In this document: in pieces, positions 19,691 to 33,810 of the stretch
Layout of the letters: the number at the start of each line of letters is the position of its first letter
Position numbering within the stretch: position 1 is the first letter of the stretch
Source: Yuukianura sp. NJ FZ-2021
Lineage: Eukaryota
DNA: 64,000 bases
Assembly: GCA_046563655.1 (NCBI GenBank)
Contig: CM102289.1
Location: 4,774,001-4,838,000, forward strand
Reading direction: 5' to 3'
Notes under the pieces: model-generated
Told to the model about the DNA's origin: nothing
Seen by the model: only the letters and a program-made list of their open reading frames with translations
Databases searched by the model: none
Position numbers and translations under genes: made by a program

Positions 19691-22524
19691 AGTTTTCAAT
19701 TAAAACTTTTCATGAATACTCAGAAACGGCATTTTGTCATTTTGCTCGTGTTTGTAAAAAAAAATATCGAACAACAGAACAATACGTGAAATTCAAAAAT
19801 TCGTAGAAACTCGCTTAATTACTGCCAAGATGTCAAGTTTCGCAAATTCGGGTATTTTCACTTCCTCAAGGTTGACATATTCAATTGCAAGAAAAATTAA
19901 TTGAATGGATTCGGGTTTGTGAGAGACTAAAAAACATTGCTTTGTGTATGGACTTGTTATTAAAATAAGAAACAGATAATAATTTGTTAGGCTTGATAAT
20001 ATTGGCAATTATTTTGATTAACGCCCATCTCACGTGCTATTTGGCATCTGAAACTTTGTCAGAAGAACGTTTCATGGATGTGTCGTTGTGCCAGGAATTT
20101 TTCAAACTTAATGAAAATGAAAGAGCACTCCAGCCAAGTAATGCCAATTCGTTCCATCACAAGTTTTCATTAGCGCGTTTGAGTGTGAATTACTACCCAG
20201 GTTGCCAAAAACAATGTTTTTGCAACGCGCGTTGAGTTTTCGTATGAATCTAATACGGTATCGGTGCTGAATTTGAAGTCATTGTAAGCCGAGCGTGCAA
20301 ACTGCATGTTTTTAATGCCTAAAAAGAACATGCGCAAAAGTTAGCGGGTAAAATGCTTTGATATGGTGCATCGGCATCCTCGTAAGCGGGTTACACATTG
20401 AAACAGTATGGATTACGCGCATGGGTAGTACATGATGAAATGGTTATGCAATTTTCATTGATGACGCAATGCATAACTTGTAGTTGAGTGAAGCGAAGTG
20501 AGTAAAACCCAAAGTAAATTCACTGCTGTTTAAGTGATGATTTTCTCACTATTGTTTCTCCGCCAATTACACACTTTGAGTCTCTGGCTTACTTAAAACA
20601 AAAGAAACCACGTTCCGTTAAAAATAAAGCGTGGTGAGTCAGTATCAAACATGACTAGGAAAAACTTTTCAGTCGTTTTTTTCTACGAAGAAAACCGATA
20701 CTCCGTAATTCCATCCACTCGGTTATCGGACACAGAGCAGGGACTGTTAGCAAGTTGACCAGGAAATCGAAAAAACTCGAAGGTACTAATTCGCTCAGCC
20801 GACAGTGTACCGGACGAGAATTGGAACAAGTATCCAATACAGTTTCTCGAATCTTATGGTAAGTTCAATCTCATATGCAAGTATTTAGTCGTAGTATGAA
20901 CGTTTCGAATGTAACTAATCTTCATTTTTATATCTAGATTCGTACGATAAGGCATGCAAGAAGGCTGAAACTTTAAAGGACTCAAGCACCCTTCAGATTT
21001 TGGATTCAAGTGAAGATTCGAACAATCGAAAAACAACAACGTTCCAAAACGTTGCAGTTGAACCTCCAGCTACATTCGGAATCATTCCACCTTACTACAA
21101 CTCCACTATTCGAACCGGAAGAAGTGTTCCAGTCGAACTCTGATGGTTCGGGGGACATACTAGGTGCAAATCCATAACTTACGTGATATATTATCATTAG
21201 TTAAAGAAGTTACTAAGTTTGAATATTAATTTAGATTCGAGTCAAGTGATTCTGCACTACAATGTTGACCAAACTGAAACCTTTGAAGAATTTGTGAAAG
21301 AAGTCAGAGGTAGATTCACAGCATTCCTATACTACACAAGAATCATGAAGTTTATGTATTATTGTAAAATTTAGCATTAGTATTAAGTATTTTGTAATTT
21401 TAGTATTGTATTTAGAGTTTACGTGTAAAGTTTGTGTATTGAAACAGTATAGTATCTGAATTAAATAAAACATGTGTAACAAACCTTTGCTGTTTCTTCA
21501 TTGAACACATAATGTTTAAGTACGGTTTAGGTAATGATTTCGCAGCGGAATTTTCATAAATACAATGTACACACGGATTCAGCACGGATTCCGCACACAA
21601 CCAAGGGGAAAACGCAACACCATTTCATTGCTCTTTACACGCGTGTTAAGGCTCATCATTGAAACAGCATTGTTTCCTCACAGCTATCACGTTATGTTAA
21701 GCTGTGTAAAAGTTGTCCAAATACTCAACTTTTCCTCATGATTTTTTCTGAACTATATCAGCGGGTAAGCATTGTGTTTTGGCAACCTGGGTATGAATTT
21801 GACAACTTGGCTCCTTCCCACACGCAATCAACGCCTCCGTTACACAATCCGAGTGAAGTCTTAAGTAGAACATCTTGTTTGAACTTTTCAAAATTCACTT
21901 TAAAACAGTTGTTCAAAAGATATTTATGTTAGTATGACAGAGGAAAGGAGTCATTGTTCTTGAAGGGGGAGTCACAGGAATAATAAAAAACCGTTTGCCA
22001 AATAAGTAATCTGCATTTTACGATGCTCGGATAAAAAAAAGTTCGTGTAGTAAACAAACTGAAAAGATGCAACAAGGTAGTACAAAAAAAACCGAAACGA
22101 CAAAGACAAAAAAAAAGACATTCATAAACATAATTTCATAAATTCAGTATTCTCAAATTAAGGTGGCGATTTTCAAAAAAAAATTAACTCCGATTCCGTG
22201 CCTTGCTTACGTGGCCATTGTTGATATCGATGGTTTGTTGTGTTGTGGACTTTCGTTAGCGGGGTTAATGATCCGTTCTGGCAAAATGTCAAACCTTAAT
22301 CCCGTCGGAATAGTTTCCGGGTCGTCCAACTTTCTTCTGACTCATTTTTTTTTCAGGTTAGCTGCATTTTTAGAAAATGAAATTTTAGTCATTACAAATC
22401 CAGCAGTGTCTCGGGAAATAAAAATAAGCAAAAGTTATTTGACTCGAGACGCTCGACGAAAAGCGTCGCTAATTCCCAACAGGCAACGAACCCAACAAAA
22501 CCGAATTTTTCCTTTTTAAATATT

Positions 22525-25483
22525 ATGAAACTTTCAAAGATTCTTATTGTTCTTGCACAACTTTCCATTGCGTAAGCTCTATTCTGCAAGTTTCTGTCTT
22601 TTGAGCCTGAAATATTGAAAAACAGATTGCTCCAAATTTTTGAAAATGGGAACTTGTAATTATAGTGCAGCAGAATGGAACAATGGCGGTGGGATTAGTC
22701 TGTTTGGCCATGAACATCATGACGTCGGACGCTATACGAGAAGCACGAACAAACTGTTTCGAATTAACGAGTCGGAGTATGATAATGAAGAGCCACCTCC
22801 AAAAATCAACGGTAAAAAATATAATTCCTTTTAAAAATCGAATTTCAAAAATTTTGTCTTCTAAAACCAAGTGAAACCGTATAGGTACGGGAGTCCCCGT
22901 AAAGGTTTCCGTTACAATTTACAGTGTTCGTGGAGTAAATGAAGTTAATGCGGTAAGAATATCAACCCTTTGCAAAATATAAAAATCACAATAAAAATTA
23001 AAATCGAAGTTAATATCTTTAGGAGCTTTCTATGGAAGTCCGATTGCAAGTTTGGTGGATGGATATGCGACTTGACTATTGGAAATCAAAGATTCCATCA
23101 GGACAAAAATTTGTTGCTGTTACTTACGACAATGTTCGAAAAATTTGGCATCCTGATCTCTACATTGGTAAAAAGCTTCACCTTTTTCAAGACATTTTAA
23201 AACAAAATATTTGAGATTTCTGGGTTTCTGAGTCAGAAATTCTGACGCGTGTGTTTTTTGAAACTCATAGACTTTGTAAAAGAAATCATTCAGCCAAAGT
23301 TATTGGGTATAACTCCAATGTCGTGGAGGTATTACAGGAATGGATATCTACGCATTTCGACGAGATTAACCCTCCGGATGGCTTGTCCAATGAAGTTTCA
23401 CTACTATCCAATTGACCAACAGGTTAAACTAAATCGTGAAATGAAAAGTTAAACTTTTCATGAAAGGGTTTAATTTCCCATTTGAATTTAGCGCTGCTCG
23501 GTAGAAATGAAAAGTTATGCGTTTCCGGACGACGTGATTGCTGTGCAGTGGAATCGGGAGTCAAATAACACTTTCACGCTCTGGAACAAAACAGATCTTC
23601 CCAACTTCAAGGTCAATGTGGAGAAACCAGAGCAATATGTCATTGTAACACATTCAGGTTAGAGGTCATTGGCTTCCAAACAATTTTAACTTTCACTTTT
23701 TCAATTTTTGCACAAATTGGAATTCCGTAGCCAACAAGTACACTAGCATCAAATTCACGGTTTTGCTTCAAAGAAAATTGAGCTACCATTTCATTCAAAC
23801 ATATATTCCATCCACACTCTTCGTCGTCATCTCATGGTTGGTAAGTTTCAACCTAACAAATAAATTAAAAGCCTAAACTTTTAGTAGTAATTATTATGAT
23901 AGTAGATAATGACAAAATGAGTCGCATACATATTACAATCGGTCAAACTACTTAAGTTCGCATCGTTATGAATATGTTTAATGAACGTACTTTGAAATAT
24001 TACAGTCGTTTCTAGTACCGCCAGAGTCTGTGCCCGGAAGAATGGCGATATGTATGACGACTCTTCTGTCGCAAACGACAATGTTCAGTGGCATCCGGCA
24101 AAATGTTCCGAAAGTTTCTTACCCAAGTATGCGACATTATTTATATTTCACTATTATTATTATTATTATTAGGTTAGGTTATTATTGTTAAAGAGTGAAA
24201 GCTCCTTTATGCGTCGACTTGCCTGTCTGTTTGTCTGTGTGTCTGTTCGCCCGTCCGTCGGAACAAATTACCTGGGAAAGCGCTCAAGATTTTCGGGATT
24301 TGTTTTAACTATTAAACACCGAAAGTACCCGGTATGATAGCTATTGAATACAGTCTCGGTTGTTGAACTTCTTGTGGGTCAAAGGTTAGGCAACATGAAA
24401 AATTACTTCTTCTTTTACATTACATGAGATAACATGAGATGAGATTATAAAAGTTGTTAATCTCATCAAAACCGACAACTTTTGCGTACGTCAAATGATT
24501 CAATTGACATCCTTCCGGGTCAAGCGTCGACGTTTTTTATTTTACCGTTCATAAAATACCAACCATAATACGTTATAGTTCACCGTGGTGCGTGTGCGTC
24601 CAGGTGACCAGCCGTTTGCGATTGCATCGCCATCTTTCGCTACTTACGTAGAGCGGTTGACAACCGTTTATTATTTACAGACATATTATTTACAGATCTG
24701 TATTAACAACGATTAGTTACTACAATGTAATAGGTGACAGCGGAACGTTCCTGTGAAAGAAAGAGAGACATGGCTTTAGAAAACGAAATTAAAATGCGTT
24801 TGAAACATCGAAACTGTTTTTAATTTGCAGAGGCACTTGACATTTGGATGGTGGCTTGCATTTTCTTTGTCTTCGGAACTCTCGTTGAATACACAGTGGT
24901 CCTCAAGTAAGACATTGATTCTACCCTTCTAACCTTTAATTAAATTCAACTTATAAAAAATTGAAAATAATACAGATAAACTTGAGTGATTGGGATAATG
25001 TAATAATGATATAATAATATGTATAATGGTATTAAATTCTTGCTTAGGCTCAGGAGTCTGATTGCGGGTGAAAATGAGAGGCTTCGTACCGCTGGATTTG
25101 ATTTGGTAATGGCACACGACAAAATTTCATGTCTTTGAAATAAATGCGGCCGTATACTACCATATTGTCTTATTTTATTGTTATTATTTTATTTAATGTA
25201 CTGGTATTCCTAACCGTTGATATTCTTTGTTCCCAGGACGACAAATCTAAGCGTTCAGTCCCAGTAAACAAATATGCATACTGGACGGAGCACTTGGAGA
25301 GATACACATGGATGGGGATAGTTGGTCTTTTCACCATTTTCAATTGGGTAAAAATGTATTAAACAGTAATAAGATTTGTTTCAATTTTGTTGACTTTATT
25401 TTCAGGTCTACTGGCCATGGCTTTTGGTTTCCGCCGGCTTCTTTGACCAGTTTGGTGAAGATTTGTACTACAGAACGGAGTAG
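22525..25483 (+). CDS. Cys-loop ligand-gated ion channel subunit, anion-channel (GlyR/GluCl/pHCl-like) type, multi-exon
   Basis: Signal peptide MKLSKILIVLAQLSIAAA; KIWHPDLYI; Cys loop CPMKFHYYPIDQQ|RC; M1 QTYIPSTLFVVISWL|SF; M2 PESVPGRMAICMTTLLS; M3 KALDIWMVACIFFVFGTLVEY; M4 ..FNW|VYW. GT-AG introns keep the frame. Confidence 0.92.
24185..24560 (+). mobile_element. Putative DINE-1/HINE-like non-autonomous element in an intron (similar stretches near 44100-44640 on - and 50550-50900 on +)
   Basis: (GTCT/GTCC)n microsatellite core near one end, followed here and at 50550-50900 by GGTCAAAGGT(C/T)A motifs; boundaries approximate. Confidence 0.4.
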
Positions 25484-25760
25484 TTTTAAAGTAATAATTT
25501 AGGATTTGAGTAAAATGTGAAATTAATGTCACAATTTCAATGAAAATGGACGTGAAACTTTTGAATTTGAAAATCGACCTTTGAGATTATTAAACCCACC
25601 ATAGGTTAACTAACTATGTTTCCTCATGGCTTAGTGGTTAATGATTTTTCTAAATTTGGACAATGCCAGGAAACGGGACTTCTAATGACTTTGTGTTTTG
25701 ACAAATTAAAGTTCCAAGTTTGTCTTAAAATTTTAGTCCACTTCTTGAATAGCTTCCAGC

Positions 25761-26489
25761 ATGGTTGTTCAATTCCTGCTCCTTGGAATTTGTTATTCAG
25801 GTCACATTTATCTTGGAGGTAACTTTTAGGAATTATTACACGAGTTTATCTTGGGTTTGTTGAAACTTTGATTGATTTTTGCAGAATGCGCAACAGTAAT
25901 GAAGGAAAGCTCCCGCCAACTTCAAATTCAATCTAATACTGGTCTCCCAATCATCACCATCAGCTCAGCAACGACATCCAGTGGAAATGGCACTAGACCA
26001 GCCATTCCCAACATTCAAATCACACAAGGGCCGACCAACGACTGGCTTTCTCAGCCAATTGGGAATGTTCTAAGCTTTTTTAGAAATGTGCTTTCCAATT
26101 TACTCGAACCTCCAAATTCGCAGAAAGTGGAGCAGAAACAAGCCACTCCGCTGGTAATTATTCCAGTTGCAATTTCGTTTCCGCCTGGCGAAGAAATCAA
26201 GGAAGAGTTTGGCGGGGCTGACCAAACGTCGCCGTCTTTCTCCAGCGGCAACACTGAAGGCCACGTTGGTTTACGGGAAGATACTCCTATCCACACAGTG
26301 TTGCCAATTCTAGAAGATGCTCAGCCGTTGCGCAGTGACGGAGATGTGGAATCTGAAGATTTAAAAAGACGGCGAGATTCTCTTGAAGCCGGGATAAATA
26401 TCAGTGAAGGTCAGCAAACTGATGCAATAGTGAGCCACATTCAAGCCATTATGGGTCACCTTGCAGCGAACAGCAGTGCGCGAAATTAA
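25761..26489 (+). CDS. Small putative secreted protein, unknown family (2 exons: 25761-25800, 25885-26489)
   Basis: Hydrophobic N-terminus MVVQFLLLGICYS joins in phase to the 205-codon ORF. Confidence 0.5.
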
Positions 26490-26766
26490 GGCATCCAAAA
26501 GTCAAACTTTAAAAAAAAATCAGTTACTTTGTAAACCTTTGTATTTTTTTTTCAATTTTAGTAAAACGCCTGAAAATGGAAATCAAATAAAATTGAAAAG
26601 TGTCGGCATGGTGACGGACATTGTTTTTAAGGAAACCATCCTGTTGTGTATTTTTTAGCTGATGATTTTTAATGTTGTCTTTTCTAAACACGATCTTCTG
26701 TGCTGTGCCTGCCTTTTGGAGGAAATCATTTCTGTTGTCTTTCCTGGATTACACAAGTCAAAAAAA

Positions 26767-28191
26767 ATGGACGCAACTACTGAAAGTTCCGTTGCACAAG
26801 TATTGAATAATTTCGTCGTAAGTTTAAAAATCACACCAAAGCATAAAACAAAGTAATGAGCGTCAAATTCAATTTTTTTTGTTCTAGGTAATGAGAACTA
26901 TGTGTTCCTACATCGACGATGTCAAAAGATTTCGATTGGTTAACCCCATTTGTAATGAGGCGGTGGTAAGCTATTATGGGAAGATCGGGCGACGTCCGTT
27001 GATTGAGTTTCGAGATGACGCCGACATCGCGAAGTTTATGACGGATATGAGAAATCGTTTGCCAGGCCTCTCCTCAATTTCGAGCTACCATGTTAAGCTC
27101 CACTACAACTTTCAACCGCACTACACTCGCCAAACCAACCCAACTTGGATATCCACTCCTCGTCTCAACCAATTCCTGGAAATGTTTCACGACATCGTGC
27201 CGGAAATCTCTGTTCAAATTAAAGGCAGAACAGCTCCAAGTCAAGTTCCGCTTCCGCAGTTACCCAACCTGCAAGTGCTCAACATTCGGACAAATCTGGA
27301 TCGACCTGTTCCAGGACTAAGACCATTTGTGATGGGCCAGTTCCCAGCTCTGCACACGTTAACCCTCACGGGTAGAAACGTTTTGAAAAGTCTTTTCGCG
27401 GGAACGACTCTTCCGAGCGTGAAGACTCTCATCTTGGACATGGCTTTGCGAATTCGTGAACATGGACATGTTGATGAAGCAGCATCCACTGACAACATTC
27501 ATTTGTTATTCCCAAACTTGAAACGCTTGGAGCTCCGCAACAGAGTCTACGTGAACTTCGAGCGTGTCAACTACGTCCTGACCAAGGTCACTGGTCTTGA
27601 AGAGCTAATTTTGAACACTGACCAATCGACATTAAACAACGGTCGAAACAACTTTGCGGCTACGTTCGCCGGTGGACGTCTTCCAAGAATGAGCAAAATT
27701 CGATTGGCGCAAATGTGCGAGGATTTGGTTCCAGGGAAGGCAACAGTTCCAGGCAGCGATGGATTTTACTCTGTTCCATCCTTGGCTAACATGAAGTGTA
27801 AGTCTCAAAATGTTTTCAAATTTGTAGTCACCGGTGTCTTAGTCTAGTCAAGTTTTTTGAAATTTTTAAAAGATTTTAAAATATTTTAATTTTTTCAGTT
27901 TTAAAGCGTTTGGATATCACGATCTCTCATGTTGGGCAGTTACGGGTCTTGATGTTCATGTCGCGCCCAAATCTTCTACCTGCCTTGCAAGCGCTCAATG
28001 TCAACTTTCCAGCTAGGAATCCAATTCAAGCCCAGGTGACCTTGTGACCTTTTCTTTTGTAAAAATCATTTCCAAAGGCTTATATTCCGTTTTTTTTTCA
28101 GTTCAAGGATGATTACTTGAAGGTACTTCGTCGGTACCATCACACAGTTCGTTTCCAGGAGAATCCGCCGAAATATACCTACCTGCTTTAA
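26767..28191 (+). CDS. Divergent F-box-like / leucine-rich-repeat protein (4 exons)
   Basis: AQVLNNFV|VMRTMCSYIDDVKRFRLVNPICNEA is F-box-like; repeats LPNLQVLNI, FPALHTLTL, LPSVKTLIL, FPNLKRLEL, GLEELIL. Confidence 0.65.
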
Positions 28192-29622
28192 ATTGTCCAA
28201 ATCTTCAAGGCACTTGAGTACTAATTTTCTAATGTCAAAAATAATCATCGAATCGAAAAATTATCCAAAACGGAATGTTTTTTTTCAAAATACCATTGTC
28301 AAAATACCAAAATAAATAACACCATTGTCAGTGCAAAAGTCTGGACAATAGTTTCATTCATGGAATGAAGTGGATAGACGGCGCTTGAGCTGATGTGGAT
28401 CCTGTGTTCATCCACGTTGCGCATTGCGACGAGATCCTACGATAACAATTTTGGAATTGGAAATCTGAAGTGTTTTGAAAAAGTGTCAATTTTTAGAATC
28501 ACCACCGGTAGCGTTGGAGGCTGTTGAAGTTCGAGTTCGTTGGATTCCATTTCGTTCTTGTCGAATTAATTTTTCGCGTTCTTCGATTCCTGTAGTACAA
28601 AGCAGCTTGAATTGCTTTCTGTCGATCCGCTTTTTAGATCCTGCATGTCTTCGTTTCATTCCATAAGTTTCAATTCAATCCTAGTATGACTCCGACGATT
28701 CATTATGCTACGATTCAACAGAACTTGCCTTTTTATTACAGAAATTCTGAATTGTGTACACAGTAATATCTTGATTTTGAAATTCAGCAGTGACGAAAGT
28801 TTCGTATCGATAAGGAAAAAGTGTGAGCTTGCCTCGCCCTCGACACAAAATGGGAGAAATTATGGGAAAAATACCAAAAAATAATACCAACCAAATTTAA
28901 AGTCCAAAATCTCCTTGTGTTGCTCAATTCGAATTTTCGGTCAGTTTCTGCTGAATGAGTCTTTTCTTATCTTTACTTTAATCTGGTCAAGATGTCCGAC
29001 GGTAGAAAGACTAAGCATAGCAACTTTGTAAAGTTTATCTCGCTCGAACTTTTATCCGATTATTAGTGTGCCCTCGTATTCAGACGAACGAACGAGGTGT
29101 GGTGTAAGAATGTTTTAGATAGGGCGGGAGTATTTTCCTTCAAAAATAATGTCAAGCAAGCTCGAATTCAGTTTCGAAGTAAGTTTGACACGTAGACCTA
29201 GACGTTGTTGCTGATTTCCAGCTGTTTACTAATTCATTCGCAAATGTACATTCAATCGGAGGTAATTTGCGGAAATTGAACATCTACGGACTGGCTGTCT
29301 ACGTGGACAACGACATCGAGTTGAAACAAGTGGTCTGCTATTCTGATTTTGACTGGGTATGGGTAAAAACAAACTGTAAACGTTAATGGTGCGTCGATAG
29401 TTGATGAATTCCTAATTCTAAGTGTTCCGTCCGTGTAAAACTAACTTATTCAACTAGTCTTACTCTGAAGTGCGTCAGCCTTATTCTAGTCACATCCTTC
29501 ATGTAAGCTACTAGAACTTATTTCGTCTACTCGCTAAAATACACACGATTGCTACAAATTACGAAACATTGTGCCACTCAAAGAATGAAGCTTTTACTAA
29601 TCGTTTGATTTTTTTAAAACAG

Positions 29623-31620
29623 CTTTTGTGAATCGAGGCAAGGAAGAAACCATGAAGCCAAGTATGAAGAAGGATTTTGGGAACATCGTCCTGTTGCTAT
29701 TCTTGTACATTCTTCAAGGAATCCCACTTGGTCTGATCGCGGCTGTTCCTATGATCCTACAAAATCGTCATGTGTCATACTCTGAGCAGGCCAAGTTTAG
29801 CTTCGCTTACTGGCCCTTTAGCCTCAAGTTACTTTGGGCACCAATTGTTGATGCAGTTTATTCTACCAAAATTGGCCGAAGAAAGACATGGTTAATCCCA
29901 ATGCAATATCTCATCGGAATGTTTATGTTAATACTGTCCTCTAGAGTTGATGAAATGCTCGACACTGCCAGCATTACACTCCTCACTATGGTATTCTTCA
30001 TGTTGAATTTCCTAGCAGCAACGCAAGATATTGCGGTTGATGGATGGGCATTGACGATGCTGCGAAGGTATCAGTTTACTTTTTTGTTTTGTTTAAGAAA
30101 ATGTTGCTAGCAAAGTGGCAGAAACTAATGACTGTTTGTTGCAGTAATCATTGATTTTCTCTGATTTCAGGGAGAACGTTGGGTACGCGTCCACCTGCAA
30201 TAGTGTTGGCCAAACCGCCGGTTACTTCCTTGGTTACATAGTATTTTTGGCACTGGAATCACCGGACTTCTGTAACACGTATTTGAGATTTGAACATCAA
30301 GATGTTGGTCTGGTTACCTTGCCAGGTAAGTAATTTAATTTTTTGGGGTTGCTTACAAAAGACGCTTTAAACAATGCACCAAAGGTTCCGCCTGTACAAT
30401 GCCATCGTATAATTTTTTTGAAGGGTTTCTGTATTTTTGGGCCTGGGTCTTCATGCTTACTACAACACTTGTTTGGATCATGAAGACAGAACTACCGGAA
30501 ACGGATTTAGAGAAAGAATCCGTTGCATCCAGTTATCAACTCCTCTTGAAAATCTTGAAATTACCTAACATTAAAACTATTGTCGCCATTCTGCTCACCG
30601 CTCGGGTAATAATTTGTCATACGGTTTAGGCTGGTTTATACTGAAATGAGATTTTCTTGATTTTGTGTAAAGATCGGTTTCGGGGTAGATTCCGCAACAG
30701 GCCTCAAACTATTAGAAGCAGGCTTACCAAAAGACAAAATCGCAATGCTGGCCATTCCTATGACTCCATTACAAATTATGCTCCCATTTGTCATTTCCAA
30801 GTACACCACCGGACCAAATCCGATGAATATTTACATCAAAGCTATGCCTTTAAGGTAAAACACTCCTAATAAATAAAGCAAAAGATATGTTTTTCCAATA
30901 TAATGTTTACTTTCTAAAAGGTTGGTGTTTGGATTCGTATTTGCCTTTCTCGTCTGGATTACTCCTTCATTTAAGCAACTCGATGGAAGTTTTTCATACA
31001 CTTACTACGGAATTGTGTTGACCATATATGCTGTACATCAGGTTTGTGTGCTTGAACAACATTTGAATTTGATTAGTGTGAAGGCTGTAATTTAATCTTT
31101 GTACAGGTCACTGTTTACAGTATGTTTGTGGCAGTGATGGCCTTCTTTGCGAAAATCAGTGACCCTGCATTGGGAGGAACGTACATGACCCTGTTGAATA
31201 CAGTTACCAATTTGGGCGGGAATTGGCCAGCTACTGTTGCCTTATGGCTGTTGGATCCGTTAACAACGAAATCATGCTCCGGTGCCCCGCTGACTAACGA
31301 TTGCTCAACTTCTATATCGGAAGCGGTAAGGCTTTACAGCGTTTAAACTTTAACCTACAGATTGTGAATTTTGAATAACCCACAGTTGTTTTAATGCACG
31401 GACCAACAACTGAATTTTAATTTTTACTTATGTTAAATAGGCTTGTCATGCTGGAGGAGGTGAATGCTTGACTCTTGTGGATGGCTACTACATTGAGACC
31501 GTCGCCTGTGTTTGTATTGGCTTCCTTTGGCTGATATGGGGGAAACCAACAATTTTACGACTGCAAGCTGCTCCACTTGCCGATTGGAAAATCGTGAATC
31601 GGAATGGCCGGAAGGATTGA
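29623..31620 (+). CDS. SLC33A1: Acetyl-CoA transporter 1 (MFS), multi-exon; start codon unresolved (ATG 29652 or an upstream exon)
   Basis: LLFLYILQGIPLGL, WPFSLKLLWAPIVD, ATQDIAVDGWALTML, GYASTCNSVGQTAG, GGTYMTLLNTVTNLGG, DGYYIE. Confidence 0.95.
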
Positions 31621-31830
31621 CTACTGATTCCAGCTTAGGTAACTTGCAAATCATCTGTACTCATCCACACTTAAACCAGAAACCGAACCCTCCGAGCCTC
31701 TATGGATACTTTGCTTCATATCAAAGGGAAATGGAATTCCTGAATCCGTAATTACGCTTCTAAAAACCAAAAATACACCTGTACAAGATAGGTGCTATAG
31801 TTATAGTTTTATAGTGGACGGTAATTTATG

Positions 31831-32460
31831 TTTCCTATAGAATGCGGGGGGGGGGGGATTAATAGGGAGTTCTGTGTCGCATGTTAGAAAGCACTTCCTC
31901 TACGTGCTGTCAATCCGTGACATGAAGTCGGCAATGCACAATTTTATAAGATCTTTTTTTTGGAATTCGCGTTTAAATGTTTCCTATAGCATGTGTGGGG
32001 GGAGTGGGGAGGGATTAATAGGGAGTTCTGTGTCGCATGTTATTATAACATATGGTGGTGAATTAATATAAAGTTACAGTGATTTGGCACTAGTCGTTGG
32101 CATCTCAAACGCCGTTCAGCAACCAACATCGGCATTTCTTGCTCAGTGAGCGTAAACGACATTATTATTAACAAATGCTAATTACGCTAATAATTATGCT
32201 TATAATTATTACGCTAATTATTATAAATTATAAATTACGCTAATAATAATGTCGTTTATTTTTAAAATCTAAATTTGCCATATATGCCATTTGGGTGAAG
32301 ACTCGAAAGTGCACTTCAGCTGTTAGATCAACTTCCATAATATGGGATAATATAAAGCACTGCCTCTGCGTTATGCCCATACGTGACGTAAAGTAGAAGT
32401 AGCAATGCACAATTTTATAAGATCGTTTTTTTTTCTGAATTCGGGTTTAAATTTTTCTAT
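31831..32460. repeat. Local rearranged duplications (31831-31886 ~ 31980-32042; 31925-31989 ~ 32396-32460) and an 18-bp perfect inverted repeat (32153-32170 / 32241-32258)
   Basis: Seen directly. Confidence 0.7.
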
Positions 32461-32640
32461 TATATGATCCACCCTTTTCGATAGAATTCTAGCCTTCTCC
32501 CAAAATATAGTCAGTACCTGACATGTATTAGCAGCAGAGTCCTTGATAGTCAAACCATTATGCCTGGAATGGTGGTAGCGACCTCTCAACACTTGACCAT
32601 TGGAAGGCAGTTTACTTCCAGTTAGTGAGTCCAAAGTTTG
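32420..32640 (-). pseudogene. N-terminal remnant of a DNA-transposon-associated protein
   Basis: GSKLPSNGQVL...FWEKARILSKRVDHIIEKFK resembles the N-terminus of invertebrate transposase-like proteins; truncated. Confidence 0.45.
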
Positions 32641-33239
32641 GAAAAACTTGAAAAGATCCGTCCAGTCATTAATTAAAATCATCTTTGTCCTTGGCGTAGG
32701 ACGGAACCGAACCGATAACGTTGACGAACTGCGTCGGAGTTACGGTCGGTTTTGAAGAACTAGTAGATGTCATGATGTACTGTTCCTCAGTTGTTATCAG
32801 TTAGAGAAACCTAACAATGATTATGTAATGTACTAATGGGGAGAGGCTAATCTAGAATTACCGTGCCCAAATTGTAACGATTACCGATAATGCAGTTGTG
32901 TCGTGATGTCTTCCAGTGATGTAGAATCCTTGGTTCACTAGCCACGCCAGATGTGGTGTATTCATCGTTTTAAATAAATGTATTAGTTTATTGAATGAAA
33001 ACTTCAAACTAATTTAAGTGTTGGTTGAGCGGCACTCAGACATTGAGTGCCAAAACTATGTAAACGAATCTTTGACAGGGTGCGGCCTTTATTCTCCTGG
33101 AACCCTCTTTCACCGCTCAACTTTCTCAAGTTTCCAAAAGTTGAGTCGGCATAAGAAATTAGGAGTTAGGAGGTGAAAGCACACGGGCCGTGTTGAGATT
33201 GTACAGCTGGCGCTACATTGGTTTAAATTTGAGTCAAAT

Positions 33240-33810
33240 AAAAGCTTAGTATCCGACCGTGCATATTCCAACATTTCTGGTTGCAGTTTGCTCAAATGAC
33301 GGATTGTCCAGTAAGCCAGATGTGCATCCTTCCTCAATGGAACTGCCAGACCTAAATACAGGTGAATTATTTGTTCAAAGCCGATTGACTCACGACTATC
33401 AATTATCCCCAATGACGAAACTCTGGTATTGGACCTGAAATACCAAAACATCGTTAGTACAAGCATGAAACAACTTCTGTATGATTTGATTGGACTTAAA
33501 AAAATTGATTTCAGTTGTTGAATTTGGTATACCAACTGAAATGGATCAATTAAAAAATCTTGAGTCTTTCTATATATCTGTCTGACTGAACAGATGTATC
33601 TGTTCCAGTAGACTCTCTGGACTCATTTCTACATCAATGGCAATCACTGGTTGTTTTAACAAATGAATCATCATTTTCGAAAATTCTAAATCGTTATCAA
33701 CGACTGTCACCCTTGTAGTGTCGCGTCCGTCTGCAGCAATATTTTCTGGATGAAGCATAAGGCCTTCCAATGGAATCGATGCATGAACAGAACTTTTAAA
33801 TGGATGAGCA
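33240..33810 (-). pseudogene. RRP6/RNase D-like DEDDy 3'-5' exonuclease remnant
   Basis: HPF..., VTVVDNDLEFSKMMIHLLKQPVIAIDVE (ExoI) and AYWTIRHL...EMLEYARSD (ExoIII), broken across frames. Confidence 0.65.

Noticed and set aside
20650..21350. Coding-like patches (DSYDKACKKAETL..) between ASCC2 and the channel gene
   Set aside because: Fragmentary; no consistent gene model or recognisable family.
28340..29000. Possible small minus-strand gene
   Set aside because: Only short frames; no supportable exon chain.
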